From: Ruminiclostridium sp.
GTDB lineage: Bacteria; Bacillota; Clostridia; DSM-8532
DNA: 38,677 nt
Direction: 5' to 3'
NCBI GenBank assembly: GCA_012523055.1
Contig: JAAYJG010000168.1
Span: forward strand, 1 to 38,677
A program made the translations under genes and the position numbers. How positions within the stretch are numbered: position 1 is the first letter of the stretch; each line of letters begins with the position of its first letter. Of the stretch, positions 36,100-38,677 are shown piece after piece. The notes under the pieces were generated by a model. It did no database searches. It was not told where the DNA came from and saw only the letters and a list, made by a program, of their open reading frames with translations.

Positions 36100-36426
36100 T
36101 CACGGGGCTCACCAGAGAACCTGTCTGTGGCGGTTATGAAAGTAGGATCCTTATGGTCAATTCTATACCAGTGAACCCAGAGCCGTCTGTTGACTACCGG
36201 TCGTCGGATGAACTTACCGAGGAATCTGTCCCTAGTGACTAATTACACCAGGGGACTCGTCCACAGTGGTTAGGTCGTTTGGATGAACTTACCGAGGAAC
36301 CTGTCCCTGCTGCTCATGTCCCTGCTGCTCAAAGAAATCTGTCCATACTATCTCATGACCAAGGGACCTGGGCCCCGCCCCCTGGCTCATAATTTACACA
36401 GGAACCTGGGCCCCGCCCGGTGTAAA
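36100..36426 (-). repeat. degenerate tandem hairpin-repeat array, copy 2 (inverted relative to copy 1)
   Basis: On the minus strand it starts at, and overlaps, the TAA of the acyl-CoA synthetase gene. It has the same unit core (GGGACAGGTTCCTCGGT). It contains a 28-nt internal repeat GGATGAACTTACCGAGGAA(T/C)CTGTCCCT at 36206-36233 and 36281-36308. Confidence 0.85.
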
Positions 36427-38181
36427 TTACTTGATTTTCAGCTTGCTGGCAAGGTTTGAGATATTCAGCGACAGCAGCTCCACATACCGTTTAATTTTTT
36501 TCGTGGTTGTTTTTTCAAACTCTTCCTCGCGGATATCAAAATGTTTGATTTTTTTATAGCCGGAAAGCTTCTTATTGGCTTTCTTTACTTCGGCAGAGAT
36601 AATCTTCTCAAGCTCATCCTTTAATGGGAACTTGCCAAGCTCTTCAACAATCACTTCCATGTTCGGAACGATCTGCGCGCAGACCTTGGTTTCCTCGTCT
36701 TCTTCGCTGTCCACGCCATAAACCAGCGATTCCTTGATATACTCGCTGCGGTTCAGGTACAGCTCGATATCCTCGGGGTAAATATTTTTTCCGTTTTTCG
36801 TGACGATAACATTCTTTTTCCTGCCGGTGATATAAAGGAAGCCATGCTTGTCAATACGGCCATAATCGCCGGTATACAGCCAACCGTCCTTCAGGATTTC
36901 TGCGGTTGCTTCCGGATTGTTGTAATATCCAAGCATCACATTGTCTCCCTGGACGAGCACTTCCCCAATGCCATCATTCCCCGGTTTTTCAATTTTCACT
37001 GAAACCCCCGCCAGAGGCAGCCCTACAGCGGCATCATTGTATATCTCCATTCGGTTTACGGTTACAATAGGAGCGCATTCGGTAAGGCCATAACCCTGAA
37101 GCAGGTTAAAGCCCATGGCACGCAATGCTTTTGAGATCTTCGGATTTAATGCCGCGGCTCCGGAAATAATAAACCGTATATTGCCACCAAGATTTTCATG
37201 GACGTCCCTGAATAATTTCCTGCGAATATCAATACCAAGCTTCGCCAGGACGGGGGCAATAAACAGACCGAAACGCAGTTTCATGTATTTATGATCCTTC
37301 CTGGCCTTTTTAACAACCTTGGAATAAACCGATTCCAAAATTAACGGAACGGACATCATGATGCTGGGCTTGTATTCCTGCAGGTTTTTGGTGATATAGC
37401 GAAGCCCTTCGCAAAAGCCAATGGAGATCCCCAAATACATCATGGTTAAAAAGCCGGCGGTACACTCATAGGTATGATGCAGGGGCAGAATGGACAGAAT
37501 GCTGTCGTGGGGATCGGCATAGATCAGCTGCGAAACAGCCATGATATCATGGCACAGGTTTTTGTGGGAAAGCATAACCCCTTTGGATTTATCGGTGGTT
37601 CCCGAGGTAAAGATCAGCATGTTCATGGTGTCCGGATCAATTTCCGCATCGATATATCCGTGGTTTCCGTTGTCAATAAGAGCTTGTCCCTTCTTGATCA
37701 ATGTCTGCAACGACACAACGGCAGTTTCATCTTTGGCATGATCCATGCAAATGATAAATTTTAGCTCGGGAAGATTTTTTTGAACCTTTGAGACGGACTC
37801 CAGATGGTTTGCCGAGGTGATAATCGCCTGGGCATGGGAGCGGGATAACAACGACTGAATTTCGTTTCCCGGAAGCTCTTTATCCAATGGAACAATGACA
37901 CCAACACCATTGGCAACAGCCAGGTAGCTTAAGCACCACTCATAACGGTTTTCAGACAGAACTGCGATCATGGCGTTTTTCAGGCCCAGATCCGTAAGGG
38001 CGGTTCCCAGAGCATTCATCTGTTCCTGAAACTGCCTGAAGGTGATTCCATATAAGCTGCCCTGATTGTTTTTCAGCGTAAAAGCGTCATAGTTTGAGAA
38101 CTTATCGGCGCTTTGCTTTACCATATCCTTCAAGCTTGTGATTTTTCGTACATCATAATACCCGATTGTTTTTCGACCCAT
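36427..38181 (-). CDS. long-chain fatty acid--CoA ligase (AMP-binding enzyme family)
   Basis: The start is set at ATG 38181, with GAGGTGA 6 nt upstream. It has the AMP-binding motif FTSGTTDKSKGVMLSHKNL, then QGYGLTE, YTGDYG and GRKKNVIVTKNGKNIYPEDIE. Confidence 0.85.
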   Translation of the reverse strand: MGRKTIGYYDVRKITSLKDMVKQSADKFSNYDAFTLKNNQGSLYGITFRQFQEQMNALGTALTDLGLKNAMIAVLSENRYEWCLSYLAVANGVGVIVPLDKELPGNEIQSLLSRSHAQAIITSANHLESVSKVQKNLPELKFIICMDHAKDETAVVSLQTLIKKGQALIDNGNHGYIDAEIDPDTMNMLIFTSGTTDKSKGVMLSHKNLCHDIMAVSQLIYADPHDSILSILPLHHTYECTAGFLTMMYLGISIGFCEGLRYITKNLQEYKPSIMMSVPLILESVYSKVVKKARKDHKYMKLRFGLFIAPVLAKLGIDIRRKLFRDVHENLGGNIRFIISGAAALNPKISKALRAMGFNLLQGYGLTECAPIVTVNRMEIYNDAAVGLPLAGVSVKIEKPGNDGIGEVLVQGDNVMLGYYNNPEATAEILKDGWLYTGDYGRIDKHGFLYITGRKKNVIVTKNGKNIYPEDIELYLNRSEYIKESLVYGVDSEEDEETKVCAQIVPNMEVIVEELGKFPLKDELEKIISAEVKKANKKLSGYKKIKHFDIREEEFEKTTTKKIKRYVELLSLNISNLASKLKIK

Positions 38182-38540
38182 CTCATTCACCTCATTTTCC
38201 ATTTCAAGCTTTCACCAGATGTAGTCCTCGAAGGAATTCATGTTGTTCACGATACCCATAATATCAAGAAATCAGTTTCTCACGGTACACTTATTTCATT
38301 ATAGCAACAGAAATCATTCCACGCAATTCTAAATCCGAATGTGATCACTGGGTGTAACAGGCACACGGAACATGGAAAAATGGTTATCATTGAACCTTTC
38401 AACTCTACTATTTATTTCAGGAAAAAATTCCGTTAAGTACTATCACGCGTGTTTCTAAAGCCCGTGAACCCATAAATGATTTCATCTGTTTTTGTAATGA
38501 ACCTGTAACGCAAACCTGTGCTGAAACAGGTTGATTTGTG

Positions 38541-38569
38541 TTGAAACCGCAAAATTCATATGATATGAT
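38541..38569 (+). promoter_or_regulatory. sigma-A-type promoter
   Basis: TTGAAA (38541-38546), a 17-nt spacer, then TATGAT (38564-38569). It lies 48 nt upstream of the next ATG. Confidence 0.45.
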
Positions 38570-38616
38570 GATAAAAAAGGAATATCCAATACTTGTCGAA
38601 AGAAGGAGAATTCCAA

Positions 38617-38677
38617 ATGAGCGATATCATTAAGGTAAATGCGTGCGTTTATTCACGCAAAGGAAACGAAAGAGAAA
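38617..38677 (+). CDS. 5' end of unidentified CDS (runs off window)
   Basis: ATG 38617 has AAGGAGA 7 nt upstream. MSDIIKVNACVYSRKGNERE... is too short to assign. Confidence 0.5.
   Translation, partial: MSDIIKVNACVYSRKGNERE

Overview
The window looks like a Clostridia-type (Firmicutes) chromosome. Housekeeping genes lie at 1-11 kb: glgA tail, VOC/glyoxalase, CPBP protease, HelD-like helicase, SAM methyltransferase, rsfS-leuS and a URO-D-family gene. More lie at 35.2-38.7 kb: a HisJ-type PHP phosphatase, an acyl-CoA synthetase and the start of another gene. Between about 11.36 and 35.10 kb sits an integrated element of roughly 23.7 kb. Its left part (minus strand) carries a large serine recombinase, a 137-aa unknown, two paralogous ribbon-helix-helix proteins, four iteron-like direct repeats and a RepA/AAA_25-like ATPase. 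Three unknown genes follow (two on plus, one on minus). Then comes a 15.6-kb, strictly co-oriented, tightly packed defence cargo. It consists of an XRE-type HTH gene, a type I R-M system (hsdM, hsdS, hsdR) with two extra genes nested between hsdS and hsdR (AbiJ/HEPN-like plus a PD-(D/E)xK DUF1016-like nuclease), an 866-aa PHP-phosphoesterase::SMC/ABC-type ATPase fusion, and a KAP-NTPase / small protein / QueC-like / TatD operon of Qat-type architecture. My best candidates for an under-described system are the PHP-ATPase gene, which is bracketed by 26-27 nt direct repeats that duplicate the Qat ribosome-binding site and ATG, and its possible functional link to the QueC-like operon. The gene pair nested in the hsd operon is the next candidate. 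The window also holds a dispersed family of degenerate tandem hairpin repeats that starts exactly at the stop codons of two backbone genes, candidate attL/attR half-sites, and several small regulatory or structured elements. No rRNA, tRNA or CRISPR array was seen. All homology calls come from motif recognition by eye, not from searches.
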